Source of the DNA: Mantamonas sphyraenae STR306
Lineage: Eukaryota > Protista > CRuMs
Assembly (NCBI GenBank): GCA_026936335.1
Contig: JAPMXV010000037.1
Location: 186,001 to 250,000, forward strand
DNA length: 64,000 nucleotides
Reading direction: 5' to 3'
Shown here: positions 1 through 12,130 of the stretch, piece by piece
Layout of the letters: each line of letters starts with the position of its first letter
Position numbering within the stretch: position 1 is the stretch's first letter
Program-made: the position numbers and the translations under genes
The notes under the pieces: model-generated
Databases searched by the model: none
Seen by the model: the letters and a program-made list of their open reading frames with translations, nothing else
Told to the model about the DNA's origin: nothing

Positions 1-2798
1 GATGAGCATGCGGTTGGACTCGAGCATGCCAGGGTGGGCCATCATGCATGACCAAACGCCACGCCAACGTGGCATCTGCTGGCTTGCAAAGCGTGCGTTG
101 TCCACGTGTGCACACAGCAACTCCATCAGGGCAAACAGCTGCATGGCCATGGCCACATCGCTCGCGTGGTCGCTGCTGCACCGATTCACCTTGTGCACCA
201 GGGCAAGTATCAATGGCTCGCTCACAAACGACTCGCAATTCACCACCTGTTCACGGTAGGCGCTGTACGTGGCCACAAACCCGGCAATGGTCGTCGGACG
301 GCCTGATTCGTATGCCTCTCGTTCCATGCTGCTTTCCTTGGCCACATGCACATCCTCATCGTCGTCGTCGTTCTGGTCGTCTTCTTCGTCATCGTCGTCA
401 TCATCATGGATTTGGCGATCATCCGTTGCCTCCAGCTCACCGTGTGTGTGGATTCCAGCTTGCTGCTTTTCCTCAGCAGTGCGCAGATCCTGTACAATGG
501 CCATCAGCTGCTGGATGGACCATTCCACCGCACGATCATCGTCGTAGTACACCTGTCGTGTGTGGCTGCTCATTTCGAGCAGCGTACGATACTCCTTGAC
601 ACGCCTTCGATCAAACCCCACTGCCCGTTGCAAGTCCTCGTCGACCACGTCGACAGGATCCGGATGGACCTGCACATCCGCATGCTGGCCATTGTGATGC
701 CCCGCCTGCCACATCACGCCTCCGTCGATGACGGCGATGCCATCATCTTGTGGTTGCTGCTGCAGATCGAGCACATACAAAGGCTCATCGTCTTCGTCGT
801 CACTGTCTGCAAGCAGATGGACGCCTGTGTCGAGCAGCTTGGCGCGCTGCTCCTCAATCAGCGCCTCCCACTTGGCCTGCACAACAAAGAGCTGGCTGGC
901 AAAGGGCAGCTGCGAGCCCACCTGTCTCACAATGGGGTTGGTTTCGCCCATGTACACGAGTAGTTGGAAGCACCGGTGCACCAAATCGTATGACTTGAAG
1001 TGGGCGTGGATGAGGGCGGGCAACAAGCCCAGGCCGCCGTGTTGCACAACGGCAGGCAGTGCAGAGGGCACATCCACCACAATGCTCACACATGCACTCA
1101 CGCACCAGTAGCTCATCCACGCGTCGTGTTGGTTGGCAGCAAGCCACCCAAACACCAGTCGGATGGCACCTAGCCTGTGTGCTGTCCATGCATTTGCCTT
1201 GCAGCGTGTCAAATAAGTTAATGCCTGCAAAGCCAATGTGGCCGCCTCCTGCGTCTCTGCGTCGTCGTCCTTCTGCTCCTCGTTCCTGTCATCCACGTGC
1301 GACTGACGGCCCTCGTCACTACTGGACGCTTCCGGGTTCGCATGCAGTGTATGAGTCAAAAAGTACATCACTGCCTTGACGGCACGCTTGCTACGGAACG
1401 CAGGGTGGTTTGTCATCAGCTCGCGTTCCGATGCATATCGCCTGCAAAACGCACGAAGGTGACCCAAGTGCAAGCCCATTGCACTGTCACTCTCTGTCTC
1501 GTTGCCATGTGCCCCCTCTGTCTGTATCCCCTGCCTCAGCGTGTATGTCAACTCAGCCATGTGATCACGATGCGCCTGCTCGACGTCGGCGGCAAGCTCT
1601 TGCGGCGGCTGCATCTGTTGTTGTTGTTCCTCCGATGGTTGCCCCGCCTGCGGATTGCTGCTGCTTGCAGCCATGGACGTCACAGAGCCAAGCATGGAGC
1701 TGAGAGAGTCGACGTGGCCGGCATTGGCCTTGTCGAGGATGGCCACCAATCGCGAACGCACCGCATGCATGCCTGGCCTGTCATGAGGGTCAGGTTTGGT
1801 ACACAATGTGGCCAAATCCATGATGGCAATGCGTGCGGGGGCATGTGCGAAATTGAGCATCATCGCATGGAGTGTGTCGCGCACGTGTTGCAAGCCTGCC
1901 ATCGCGTTGCAGCCGCTCACCATCTCCAGCATCACCATGCCCAGCGAAAACACGTCGTGCTTGCGAGTGTACAGCACATTGGCGCGCAGAAGGTCCGGCG
2001 ACGTGAATTCGTAGTGGGTGGTTGTCGACACAAATCCGACGTCCTTGTCGCCGCTGCCGCCGCTGCTGCCGCCGCGCTGCTGCTGAATTTGAGCGACGGA
2101 AGGCCATAGTCCATCAGGACGAGTGAGTGAGCGGGCGAGTCGCGGTCCACAGCCACACTGTGGGTGCTTAGTGAGCCGTGCAGGATGTCGTTGTCGTGGA
2201 TGAAGCACAGCGTGTCCACCAGTGACATGAGCATGGGCGCCAAGGTCGCAAACGGCACAGCGTGGCCCTGAAGCATGGCACCCTCTCCCTCACGTCCATA
2301 CTCCATCGAAGAAGAAGCACCCTTGGAGGAAGCCCCGTTCCCACCGCTTCCACGGCTGCTGCTGCTGCTCGTACCGTGGCCGTTGACAAGGCTGTCCAGG
2401 GTCAACCGCGGCTGGGAAGCATCCTTTGACCTCCGTTCTGCCAGAAACTGCCGCAGCGAGCAGAATGTGGACGGGAGGGGATCGTAGAACAGCGAATACG
2501 TGTCTTGGTCCATGCATGCGTGTGTGAGTTTGTGCAGATGGTCGTGGTCTAGCTTGGATGCTCTTGCTTGGCCCACAAGGGCTTCCACCTCGCTCAGTCG
2601 CTCCGGTTCTCGCCACAGTGACACCATCCACTTTGGCCCGTCTGCTATCCGCACCAAACGCGGGTCTCCCATCGCGCTCTCGAACCGTTGCGCGTATGGC
2701 AGGGCCATGCTTTCGGAGGTGAGCAGTGCCACCACGTCCTCCTTGCGCACGGTCGCCATTGGCTCTGCCAGCGCGGTGGTACCTCCAAAGGACACCAT
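1..2798 (-). CDS. Protein kinase-like (probable pseudokinase) with long helical/ARM-like C-terminal region; 3' end runs off the window; apparent frameshift at ~2101
   Basis: ORF 1932..2798 carries kinase subdomains VIa-VII (LCFIHDNDILHGSLSTHSVAV, LMDYG). After a 1-nt shift at ~2101 another frame continues with subdomains VIII-XI (YEFTSPDLL, HDVFSLGMVMLEM, CTKPDPHDRP) and stays open to position 1. Confidence 0.7.
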
Positions 2799-2931
2799 CG
2801 TTGTCTGGGCATGATGACCATGTCACGTGTGTGTGTGTGTGTGTTGGATGGGTGCCACATGCAGGACACAGTGGAAGCAAGAAGCATGCCCTGCCCCAAC
2901 CACACGAAACACACGAGCACCACCTGTCAAC

Positions 2932-4314
2932 ATGTCCGTGTCAGGAAAGATCTGCGCCACGCCCGACTGTGGCAAACCTGCAGCGTTCAAGTGCCCCACG
3001 TGCACCAAGCTGGAGGCCGGAGACACGTTCTTCCACTCGCAAGAGTGCTTCAAGGGCTACTGGAAGGAGCACAACAAGTATCACAAGCTGAGTACGTCGT
3101 ACAGCAGCGTGCACCCACGCGTCTCTGAGCCCACAATCCGCTGGTTGGATGTGCACCAAGTCGGCGCTGGGCATGGCAGGCCAGCCGGAAAGCGGCGCCC
3201 CCTTGCATTGCAACCCAACGCTGACCCGAACGGGCTTCCCTGCACTCCACCGACCCACACCCACACCCACACACCCTGGAACACACGCACAGTCAAACAG
3301 ATGCGCAAGAAGGCCGAAGAGTCTGCCAACAGCACAGAGACCAAGTGGGACAACAGCTGGGTGGAGGGCTTTGAGTTTACGTCGGACTTGCGGCCCGGGA
3401 AAATCTCGGAGCTGCTCACCGTGCCCAGCAACATCGAGAAGCCCGACTATGCGCTGACGGGCATCCCGCAGAGTGAAGAGGAGGAGGGCCCGGGTATCAA
3501 GGTGCTGAACGAGGAGGAGATCGAGGGAATGCGCAAGGTGTGCAAGTTGTCGCGGGAGGTGTTGGACATCGCCGCCGCCGCCCTGGACGTCGGTGTGACA
3601 CCCGACGAAATCGACAAGATTGTGCACCAGGCATGCTTGGACAGGGATGCCTATCCGTCGCCTCTGAACTACCGTGGCTTCCCCAAGTCGGTGTGCATCT
3701 CGCGCAACGAGGTGGTGTGCCACGGCATCCCGGATGATCTGCCCTTTGAGGATGGTGACATTGTCAACATCGACGTGTCGTTGTACCACGGCGGCTTCCA
3801 CGGCGACCTGAATGCCACATACTACGTGGGTACGCCGTCGGAGGAGAGCATCCACCTTGTGGAGAGCACACGCGAGTGCCTCAAAAAGGCCATCGACATC
3901 TGCGGTCCGGGACAGCCCTTCCGCGAGTGTGGCAACGTCATTTCCAGGTATGCCAAGAAGCAGAAGCTGGGTGTGGTGCGTGCCTTTTGTGGCCACGGCG
4001 TCAACCAGATCTTCCACGCCAACCCCAACGTGCCGCACTACGCCAAGAACAAGGCACCTGGTGTGATGAAACCCGGCATGACGTTTACCATTGAGCCGAT
4101 GATCAACGAGGGTGACCACCAGGTACACATGTGGGGCGATGGCTGGACCGCCACCACAAAGGGCGGCCGCTCCGCACAGTTTGAGCACACTCTGCTCGTC
4201 ACCGAGGACGGTGTGGAGATCCTTACGGGTCCTTGGGATGAGGGACCTTATGCAGAGGGCAAGGGAAAGTCTGAAGAGGGCAAGTCGTCATCGGAGTCGT
4301 CGTCGTCGTCGTGA
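2932..4314 (+). CDS. METAP1: Methionine aminopeptidase 1 with N-terminal zinc finger; one intron 3092-3292
   Basis: CATPDC..CPTC zinc finger; YPSPLNYRGFPKSVCIS, CHGIPD, GDIVNIDVS, GHGV, FTIEPMI, SAQFEHT motifs; GTACGT...CACAG intron (201 nt, in frame). Confidence 0.95.
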   Translation: MSVSGKICATPDCGKPAAFKCPTCTKLEAGDTFFHSQECFKGYWKEHNKYHKLSTSYSSVHPRVSEPTIRWLDVHQVGAGHGRPAGKRRPLALQPNADPNGLPCTPPTHTHTHTPWNTRTVKQMRKKAEESANSTETKWDNSWVEGFEFTSDLRPGKISELLTVPSNIEKPDYALTGIPQSEEEEGPGIKVLNEEEIEGMRKVCKLSREVLDIAAAALDVGVTPDEIDKIVHQACLDRDAYPSPLNYRGFPKSVCISRNEVVCHGIPDDLPFEDGDIVNIDVSLYHGGFHGDLNATYYVGTPSEESIHLVESTRECLKKAIDICGPGQPFRECGNVISRYAKKQKLGVVRAFCGHGVNQIFHANPNVPHYAKNKAPGVMKPGMTFTIEPMINEGDHQVHMWGDGWTATTKGGRSAQFEHTLLVTEDGVEILTGPWDEGPYAEGKGKSEEGKSSSESSSSS

Positions 4315-4337
4315 GAAGAACAGTGCAAATTGTGTCT

Positions 4338-5549
4338 TCATTCCCACTTTTGGAATCGCCATTCTCGGAAGGCGCTGCGGCTGCTGTTGAGCTCGCGCAG
4401 GTAGAGTCTGTGACCGTTGTCTGTAAAGAAGCCCATCATGGTGTGTGTCTTCATGGGGCCGTCGCCAATGCTGCCGACGTCCAAGATGACGCAGTTGTTC
4501 TCCACACGGACCACGCCACGACGCAGGTTGTCTGCGTACCATTGGGCATGGGAGCCGAGGAGACCATTGCGTGTGGTCCAGCTGTCCGGAAGGGTGGACA
4601 TGTGCATGGAGGTGCGCAGGTTTGCCTCTGCGTACTCGCCTGCACTGTACATCATGGACATGGTCCCCTGCGGCGGCATGCCACTGGCACGATTGTACAA
4701 CGCCTCTTCGTCACGCGAGTCCAGAGACTGCACCACTTCATCCTCCTCGATGCCCAGCTGCTTGAGCATCTGTTCCAGCGTGTCAAACTCCTGCACATAG
4801 CTCTCGGTGCGCAGCACATCCCGCACAGAGCCAAACTCCATCTCCACTTCTTGCACGTCTTCGCTGTAGTGGCCATCGCCCGAGGACGATGAGGAAGAGG
4901 ACGATGAAGAGGAAGAGGAGGACGACGAAGCGCCTGCCTCTCCCACCGCCACTTCCTCGTCCTCCGCAACTCCGACTTGCGCCGCCTGCGCTTCCCCCGC
5001 GTCTCCATCCTGCGCCTCACCCTGCTCCTGCGCCTCCCGGGCCTCCTGAGCCTCCATTGCCAACACTTGCTCCATCTGTGCACGCTCCTGTGCCATGCGT
5101 CGCCGGTCGCGGCTGCCGATGTAAATCGCCATCGCCTGCTGTGTTTCCTCCTGCAGGAAGCAGCCTGCAGACAGTTGGGCAAACATGGGCTTGTTGCGCA
5201 GCTTGCTTGTGTACTGGCGTTCGTACGAAGAGGTCATGATGTCGATGAGGTGGTCCACCAGGTCCATGAGCAGGTAGAACTTGGCTTCGACAATCAGCGC
5301 CGACATGGGCACGTCCTTGGGCAGGTGCACCTTGCCAGTGCGGAGAAAGTGCAGCACAGGCGCAAACAGGTCTCCGTCTCGATCGATAAAGATGTTGCCC
5401 TGCTTGTCCAGCGTCACGTCGTGGCTCGAGTCTTCTCCGCTCGCGTATCGCTGCAGCATGCTAAAGTAGTTCTCGTACTTGCACAGGGTCGACCATGTGG
5501 TCTGGAACAGGCGCCCACCCACGTTCAGGCACACTACGTTGTCGCTCAT
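4338..5549 (-). CDS. BTB/POZ (KCTD/T1-type) domain protein
   Basis: VCLNVGGRLFQTTWSTL...IFIDRDGDLFAPVLHFLRTG...EAKFY is a T1-type BTB signature, followed by an acidic/Ser-rich linker and an unrecognised C-terminal domain. Confidence 0.85.
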   Translation of the reverse strand: MSDNVVCLNVGGRLFQTTWSTLCKYENYFSMLQRYASGEDSSHDVTLDKQGNIFIDRDGDLFAPVLHFLRTGKVHLPKDVPMSALIVEAKFYLLMDLVDHLIDIMTSSYERQYTSKLRNKPMFAQLSAGCFLQEETQQAMAIYIGSRDRRRMAQERAQMEQVLAMEAQEAREAQEQGEAQDGDAGEAQAAQVGVAEDEEVAVGEAGASSSSSSSSSSSSSSSSGDGHYSEDVQEVEMEFGSVRDVLRTESYVQEFDTLEQMLKQLGIEEDEVVQSLDSRDEEALYNRASGMPPQGTMSMMYSAGEYAEANLRTSMHMSTLPDSWTTRNGLLGSHAQWYADNLRRGVVRVENNCVILDVGSIGDGPMKTHTMMGFFTDNGHRLYLRELNSSRSAFREWRFQKWE

Positions 5550-5658
5550 GGGTGGAAGGGGAAAGGGTGTGGGGTTTTGGTTTTGGATGGAAGAGCCATC
5601 GCGGCCCCTGTTGAGGTGCACACCCACACATCCACACAACCACTCACATCCTGCTTTT

Positions 5659-8349
5659 TCATTTGGATTGCATGGCCCCCGCAATTCTCACGCGCACAGG
5701 CCCGCCTTCAGTGGCCGCGTATTCGCGGAGCGCGTTGAGGTCCTTTGCGTTCTTCACGCGGCACACCTTGGAGTCATGAGATCGCTTGTAGGTCGCCTTG
5801 AACCTGTCGGACACACCCAGGTGCTTGATGATCCAGCGCCGGAACGCTGCGTGAGAGAGGTCGTTCGGGACCGGCATCTCCACGTCGTCGACCAGAGCTT
5901 TGTGCTCCAGGACGAGGGTGATGTCGGCGTTGGTGGACGACGTGGTGATGGATGAGGATGAGGATGAGGAGGATGAGGATGAGGTGGTGGTGGTGGCGGT
6001 GTTCCCACCGCTGTTGTTGCTGCGGTTGCTGTTGCTCTGCTGGCTGTGGCTGCTCGGTTGCGATTTGGACTTCTTCTTCTTCTTGTTGCCACCATTGCCC
6101 TTGAACCTGTCCATGATCTCCAGCATCTCAATATCGCCGTACATGCGCGCGATTTCCAGAGGCGAAAGGCCTTGAACGCGGAGTCTTGCATCCGCACCGC
6201 CTTCAAGCAGCGCCTCTGCTTCATCCAACAGCCCCTCCGAAGCAGCTAGAAACAAAGGAGTGACGCCTTGGGAGCGTTTCTGGTCAGGGTTGGCTCCATG
6301 GGCCAGCAGGACGCGGATGATGTCCGGATGCCCATGCACGGTGGCCATGTGGAGCGGCGCGACCCTGTCCATGTGGCGAGCGAGCGTGTGGTCTGCACCA
6401 GCCTCCAGAAGGACCTCGACGCACCGGAGATTGCCGCACTCGGAGGCGACGAGCAGCGGGGTGACGCCGTCGTCAATGTCCCTGCAGTTTGCATCGAATC
6501 CGGAATCCAGCAGCATCCGCAGCATCTCAGGCTCCCCTTCTTGAGCAGCCATGCGCACTGAATGTTGAGTGTTGTCGATGATGTTGCGGATGTCGTGTTG
6601 CAGCAGCCACTCGACCATGGCCTTGTTGCGTCGCACCACAGAGACAAACAACAGATCGACTCCGTAGCGGTCCTGCGTGTGCAGGGGTACACCTGCCTTT
6701 TCCAAAGCTTCGACAATGGCGACGTGGCCCTTCTTGGCGGCAATGGTGATGGGCACGTCGTCTCCCCATTCGGCGTCGAGGTCTGCGCCGGCCTCAACCA
6801 TCACCTCGATCATTGCCGCGTTGTCTTTCTGCTCGCAAGCGTAGTACACCATGGGCTTTCCCAGCACCTGAATGTTGCGCACATTGCCTCCATGACGCTC
6901 GAGCAACAGGCGCACGCTTTTCTCGGCACCCTGGTTGATGGCACACGACAGCGCCGTCATACCCATGGTTGCTTCGGCATGGATGTCCTGACCCTGTTCG
7001 AGCATGTACTCCAGAATGTCTGGCTTGTTGGCAGTGGTCGCAATCATCAGCGCGGTGAGTCCCGCGGGCATGGGACCGTCGAGGTCAGCACCGTGTTTGC
7101 GCAGCAGCTCGACGCACTCGATGCTGCCGCTGGAGATTGCACATGCCAGGGCAGACGGACGAGACTCGCTCTGCTGGGTTGCATCTGCTCCGCGCTGCAG
7201 AAGTAGAGTGAGAGTCTCCAGGTGGGATTCGGAAGCAGCAATCATGAGTGCGGTCCTGCCATCCATTCCTGCGTGCTCCAGCTCCGCACCCGCGTCGAGA
7301 AGAGCGGTTACGCAGGATGTACAGCCACGGTTGGCAGCCGCGTGCAACGGCGTGGCACCCATGGGTCCTTCGTGGTGTGCAGGCGCACCTGCGCAAGCAG
7401 GAGCTTCACGCACGCGTCACTGCCCACCTCTGCGGCCGCGTAAATGGCGCTGCCTCCGCTGTCTGCCACATAATCGGCCCGTGCACCACAATCGAGCAGC
7501 TTTTGCACAGAGGCTGCGTTGGAGGAACCAGCCGCTTCCACCAATGGCGTGAATCCAGTTCCAGGGTCTACGTTGACGTCTGCTCCTGCATCCACCAGCA
7601 GTTGGATGATCTGAGGCCCCGCTTCCTCGTTGCTGCATCGTGCAGCACTGCACAGAGGAGCTCCACCGGCAAAGGTCAGGTCGACTTGATTGCCCAGCTG
7701 CAACGCAACCGTGTCCACGTCTCCACTCTCGCATGCGTTGATCAACACATACATAGGGTTCGATTCGTCCTTTTCTTCCATCAGCTTGTCCAATTCAGGA
7801 AAGGTGGGGGCTTTCACAGCCGCTGCCCGATCCCTCACGTCGGCAAGCTCGGTGATCCTTTCAACCAACACCGTGGCCATCTGAATGCCTGTCTCAAGCG
7901 GCGCAGCACCCACTTCACAGCATGCAGTGATCAGATTGTCGATGCACTTCTCCGGGTCGACACTGACCTCGCGCGCAGAGCCCGGACTTTTCATGAGGAG
8001 TTCGAGCAGACCCATGTCTCTCGACACTGCCTCCAGCACAACGGGGTCGTCCCATACCATGGGCATGTTCTCTGGATCTCGAAGAACCTCTTCGAGCGCC
8101 ACGTTGTTGCGAACGAACGCCCATTGCCGCAATTGATCCTGAAAGTTCGAGTCAGCTGACAGCTGCCCATCTGGACACCTTCTCACAAGTGCAGAAGACC
8201 ACAAACACGTCTTCCAGGCGATCAACAACGAGAATTGCACCTGTGAATCGTCTGATTGTGTCTCACACACTGACACTGGCAAGAACGGAAAGTGCGAGAT
8301 GCAAAGAATCAGGAAACGTCCGGGAACCACTCACCTCGTCGACGGACAT
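5659..8349 (-). CDS. Long ankyrin-repeat protein with possible C-terminal PB1/ubiquitin-like domain; apparent frameshift at ~7396; likely intron 8241-8334
   Basis: Many GxTPLxxA ankyrin repeats in ORFs 7308..8330 and 5659..7413, joined by a 1-nt shift (KLLL/AGAPAHHEGPMGATPLH). The putative first exon MSVDE is followed by GTGAGT. Confidence 0.8.
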
Positions 8350-8420
8350 GATTCTCTATGCTCGTGAATGTAGTCTTTGTTCAGGGCTCTCTGTTTCTCC
8401 TGTTTTTCGGGCTGTGAGGG

Positions 8421-9146
8421 ATGAGTACGCTGTCTGACGTTCTCAAAAACTTGGGGTTGTGTGCAGCAGCGCACGCAATCCAAACCTCTCAACAGTGCAT
8501 GGACGTCCCCTCTCTGCGCCGTAGGCTGGCCCAGGCTGCGTCTACATTGGAACAAATCGAGGTTGGCATGGCACACATGCGGGATGGCGCACAGAGCAGT
8601 GCGCTGGAAGAGGTGCACGCGTTCCTTGCCTCTCTTGACACCAGCAACCGCGCCTACATGGATGCCATCCAACGAGTACACAAACAGCGGCGCAACAAGC
8701 GCTGGCGCAAGCGCAGACGAGCCAAGTGGCGGCAAGAGGTGCAGGAGCGGCAGGCCAAGATTGAGGCCGAAGTTGACGCTCAGCACCGCAAGCGCCAGGA
8801 CAGGCTACAGAAGGTTCGACAGGCTTCATCTTCGTCTTCCTCATCCTCCTCATCTTCCTCATCGTCCACCTCCACCTCCAACCCCGCTCCTCCTGTACAG
8901 CACGCCGTCGAGGACTCCAGCGGTTTGTGGCCTGTGCTCCGCTCGCCGCTGGGTGTGCCCAGCTTTGACTACTGCACCCTGCCGTACCACGCAGGCAGCC
9001 ATGCCTTTCAACAACGACGTGCGCAGTGGAACCGGTACCGTGTGTCCCGTGGGCGCGAGCCTCCGGGAAAATTGCTGGCTGCAGGCGAGGTGATCCCAGC
9101 GAGCGCCGACTGGGCCCAGTTTGCCGTCTTCCATCCCATGCAATAA
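8421..9146 (+). CDS. PDCD7: PDCD7 / U11-59K-like minor-spliceosome protein
   Basis: Basic coiled coil (KQRRNKRWRKRRRAKW..IEAEVD) plus C-terminal RRAQWNRY...IPASADWA, resembling the PDCD7 IRxxWDxYL...PPSxxxWA motif as recalled. Confidence 0.55.
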   Translation: MSTLSDVLKNLGLCAAAHAIQTSQQCMDVPSLRRRLAQAASTLEQIEVGMAHMRDGAQSSALEEVHAFLASLDTSNRAYMDAIQRVHKQRRNKRWRKRRRAKWRQEVQERQAKIEAEVDAQHRKRQDRLQKVRQASSSSSSSSSSSSSSTSTSNPAPPVQHAVEDSSGLWPVLRSPLGVPSFDYCTLPYHAGSHAFQQRRAQWNRYRVSRGREPPGKLLAAGEVIPASADWAQFAVFHPMQ

Positions 9147-9270
9147 GAGTCACTCTGCACCGTTTTATGTGTATCCAGCAGCCAACGAATCTGTTGGCCT
9201 GCTCACTCGCTGCAACACACGCTTTTGCCCGCGCCTCGTCAGCTTCTTTGGGAAAGCAACCTCCTCGGCG

Positions 9271-12053
9271 TCAATGCGGCCCCGTCATCACTTGCACCCG
9301 TTCAAACTTGTATGGGTTCAACGGACGCAGCTTCTTCTTCTTCTTCTTGTCTTTGCCCTTTGCCTTGCCCTTTGTCTTGCCGCTCTTGCCGCTCTTCGCA
9401 GTGCTGCGGCCGCGGTTGCCGCTACTGCCATTGCCCTCGTCGTCGTCGTCGTCGTCGCCTCCGGCCAACAACCCCAATTCCTGCAACTGCTGTCGCACAA
9501 TCTGCTTCTGCGGCCACGTGCAGTATCGGTCCTGCAGGGCGTCGTAGGTGGGCAGCGGCTTGCCCGGGTCGATGCTCAGTGATGGGTTCCACGTGGGACG
9601 GTCGCTCTTGGTCAGAGAGTTGGCTGTGCTTTCGATGCGTCGCAGCTGCCGTTCCAACGTTTCCATCTCCTTGCACAGGGCCACGACCTGCCGTTTGTGC
9701 TTTCGATCCTTGGCTGCCTCCCGTCGCTGCGAATAGTCCATGGCATTCACACGCTCCAGCTCCTCCTGCATCTGCGCCGACACGTGGCGACACGACTTCA
9801 TGCTGACGTTGAGCACGGCGTTGTAGTCCAGCAGGGTATCGATCACAGAGCGAGCTGCCGCGTTGCCCAGCGCCTCGTTGTCGTCCAGCGTCAAGGTCAG
9901 CAGACCCGTGTTGCGTCGCAACGCACGCATCAGCGCCTCCACTCCCTCGTCTGTCACCAGAATGTTGTGTTGCAACGACACGTGTCGCATGTCCCTGCTC
10001 GCCTTGCGTCGTTTCAGGAAGCCGCCGAGAATGTTCAGTCCCGCATTGCCGATGCCATTGCCTCCAAGGTTCAGTGTGACACCCACCGTGCCTCGATCAC
10101 ATGCGCCGTCCAGCACATCGACAATCTGCTTCACCTGGCCTGCCTGCACGCCCAGATTGGCAAAGTCCAACACGCCGTTCACCTGATCCAGCTTGTCCTG
10201 CTTGCACAGCAGCTCCGCCATGCGCAGCCGCTTGGCAAACGCAGGGTCCAACGGAAGCCGATGGTGGCGGATTTGGTGGTCCTGAAAGTGGTAGCGGCGC
10301 GTTTTCAAATCGCGTTGGATCTTGTGAAAGGTTTGCAAACGCTCGTGGCCGATCAGTTCGCTTTCGTCCACGTAGACACGCACCACGGCGTTCTCATACG
10401 CCACCACATGTTCCAACACGGCCAGGCCCTCCTCGTCGAGCGAGCTCTTGTTGACCTCGACCTCTTGAATGTGTGTGTTGTGGCGCAGCAGCTGCGCAAG
10501 GGACTTCCACGAAGGCATGCCCAGCGTGGTGATGTTGGACAGGTTCACACGCGTCACGTACGTGTTGTCCACCAGTGTTTGACACAGATCGGCGACAAAC
10601 GCGTCGTCCAGCGGGTGGAATTGGAAGCTGAGTTTGTCAAACAGCACCTGTTCGCCCGCCTGCGAGGGTGGCTGCGACGGATTGCGCTTGAGGAGACGCA
10701 GCACGTGACGTGCCACCACCATTTGTCGCTCCTCCAAACTCAGTTCCATGTGGTCGTGGATGCGACGAAGGAGACGAGTGTCCAGACTGCGCGCAGGATT
10801 GTTCACGCGCACCTCCACTGCGTTCCACCGCGTCACCAGCTCCCAGATGCGGTGCAGCGAGTCGTTGCCAATCAGAGGGTTGTCGGTGAGGTCCACCGAG
10901 CGAATAAAGTTACACCGGTCGTAGCCACGCACCTGCGGATAGTTGCGCTTGCACATGGTCACCACACTCTCCACCGCCCCGTCCCCGAGCAACACGTTGT
11001 TGCTCAGGTTCACGTGGTGGATCCCGTTGGGAATCGTCTCTGCCAGCAATGCCACCCCGTCTTCCGTCACACAATTCCCGCTCAGGTCAAGCGTGTCGGG
11101 CAACGGCACGGGATCGTAGTCCGCTGCCTCCAGCCGGTCGTATTCCGTCTCGTACGCCTCTAACCAATCCCTCAGTTGCTCTGCAAATGTGCATCCATGC
11201 GATATGTGTCACCCACGGCCGGTGGAAGGATGGGTCACGTGTCCACGCTCGTGTCAGTTCAGTGCCACCACTCCTCCTTCGTTTCGTTTGCACAACGGTT
11301 ACTTTCGCTTTTGCGGCGCACACACATCGACAGGCGTCACTGTACACCCAACGACGGCAAGCATGCGCACCATCACCACATCCTTTCTTCTCACGACCAC
11401 TTACCATCGCCCACACCCATGTTCTGCAGCTCCCCACAGGCGCCGCAGGCATCCGGATTCCCACTGCGCAGCAACTCGATGCACTCGGCGACGCGAGGGT
11501 CAGGAGGCACGAGGCCATTGCGCACGCGATAGTGTCGATGGGCCTCTCTTCGTGCGTCCACATGGCTCTGCACCTGCACCAGGCGTCGCAGGGTGGAATT
11601 GGCAACGAGGGAGCTTGTGTTGAGGACGAGCTGGACGCTGGGATTGCGTTCCGCCAGACATTCCACAAGTGCACGTGCGTCGCGGTCTTCCAACTGGTCG
11701 GCCTGGTCGATGTCAACCACAACCAAGTCCTGTCGCTTGGCCATGAGGGTGAGCAGGGCCTGTACGCCGTCCTCGTTCCACGAGTTGCCGGCAAGGAGGA
11801 GCCTGCGCACGTAGGGCACGTCTTGCACCGCCTCCACAACCGCACGCGTGCTCGACGCATCCAACCAAAGGTAGGAAAGGTCGATGGTGTCTTGCGCGCT
11901 GAGAACACTCTCCGTGCCCCGCGGCGTCTCGCTGTGTTCGCGCAACTCCTCCAGCACACTTTCCACCAGTGCCATGTTGGCTCGCCGCTCCTCAGACGAC
12001 ATCGTCTTGGGCCGCGGCTTGACCGCCGTTGCCAACGCCGCAAACGTCGACAT
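9271..12053 (-). CDS. RNI-like leucine-rich-repeat protein (NLRC3/RanGAP/tropomodulin-type LRRs); intron 11181-11404
   Basis: Repeats such as LDLSGNCVTEDGVALLA, LNLGGNGIGNAGL, VSLQHNILVTDEGVEAL; splicing GTAAGT...TTTGCAG joins ORF 11391..12182 to ORF 9271..11109 in frame. Confidence 0.8.
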
Positions 12054-12130
12054 GACACCAGATGGAACGGAAACTAGCTTTTGGTTCCACCTGCGCCGGA
12101 CCACACACCACAACAAAACCAAATAGCCAC

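Noticed and set aside
3092-3292. Stop-free in-frame introns (METAP1, PLK intron 2, MGAT2) as regulated intron retention
   Set aside because: Expected by chance for short GC/CA-rich introns; many other introns here are not multiples of three.
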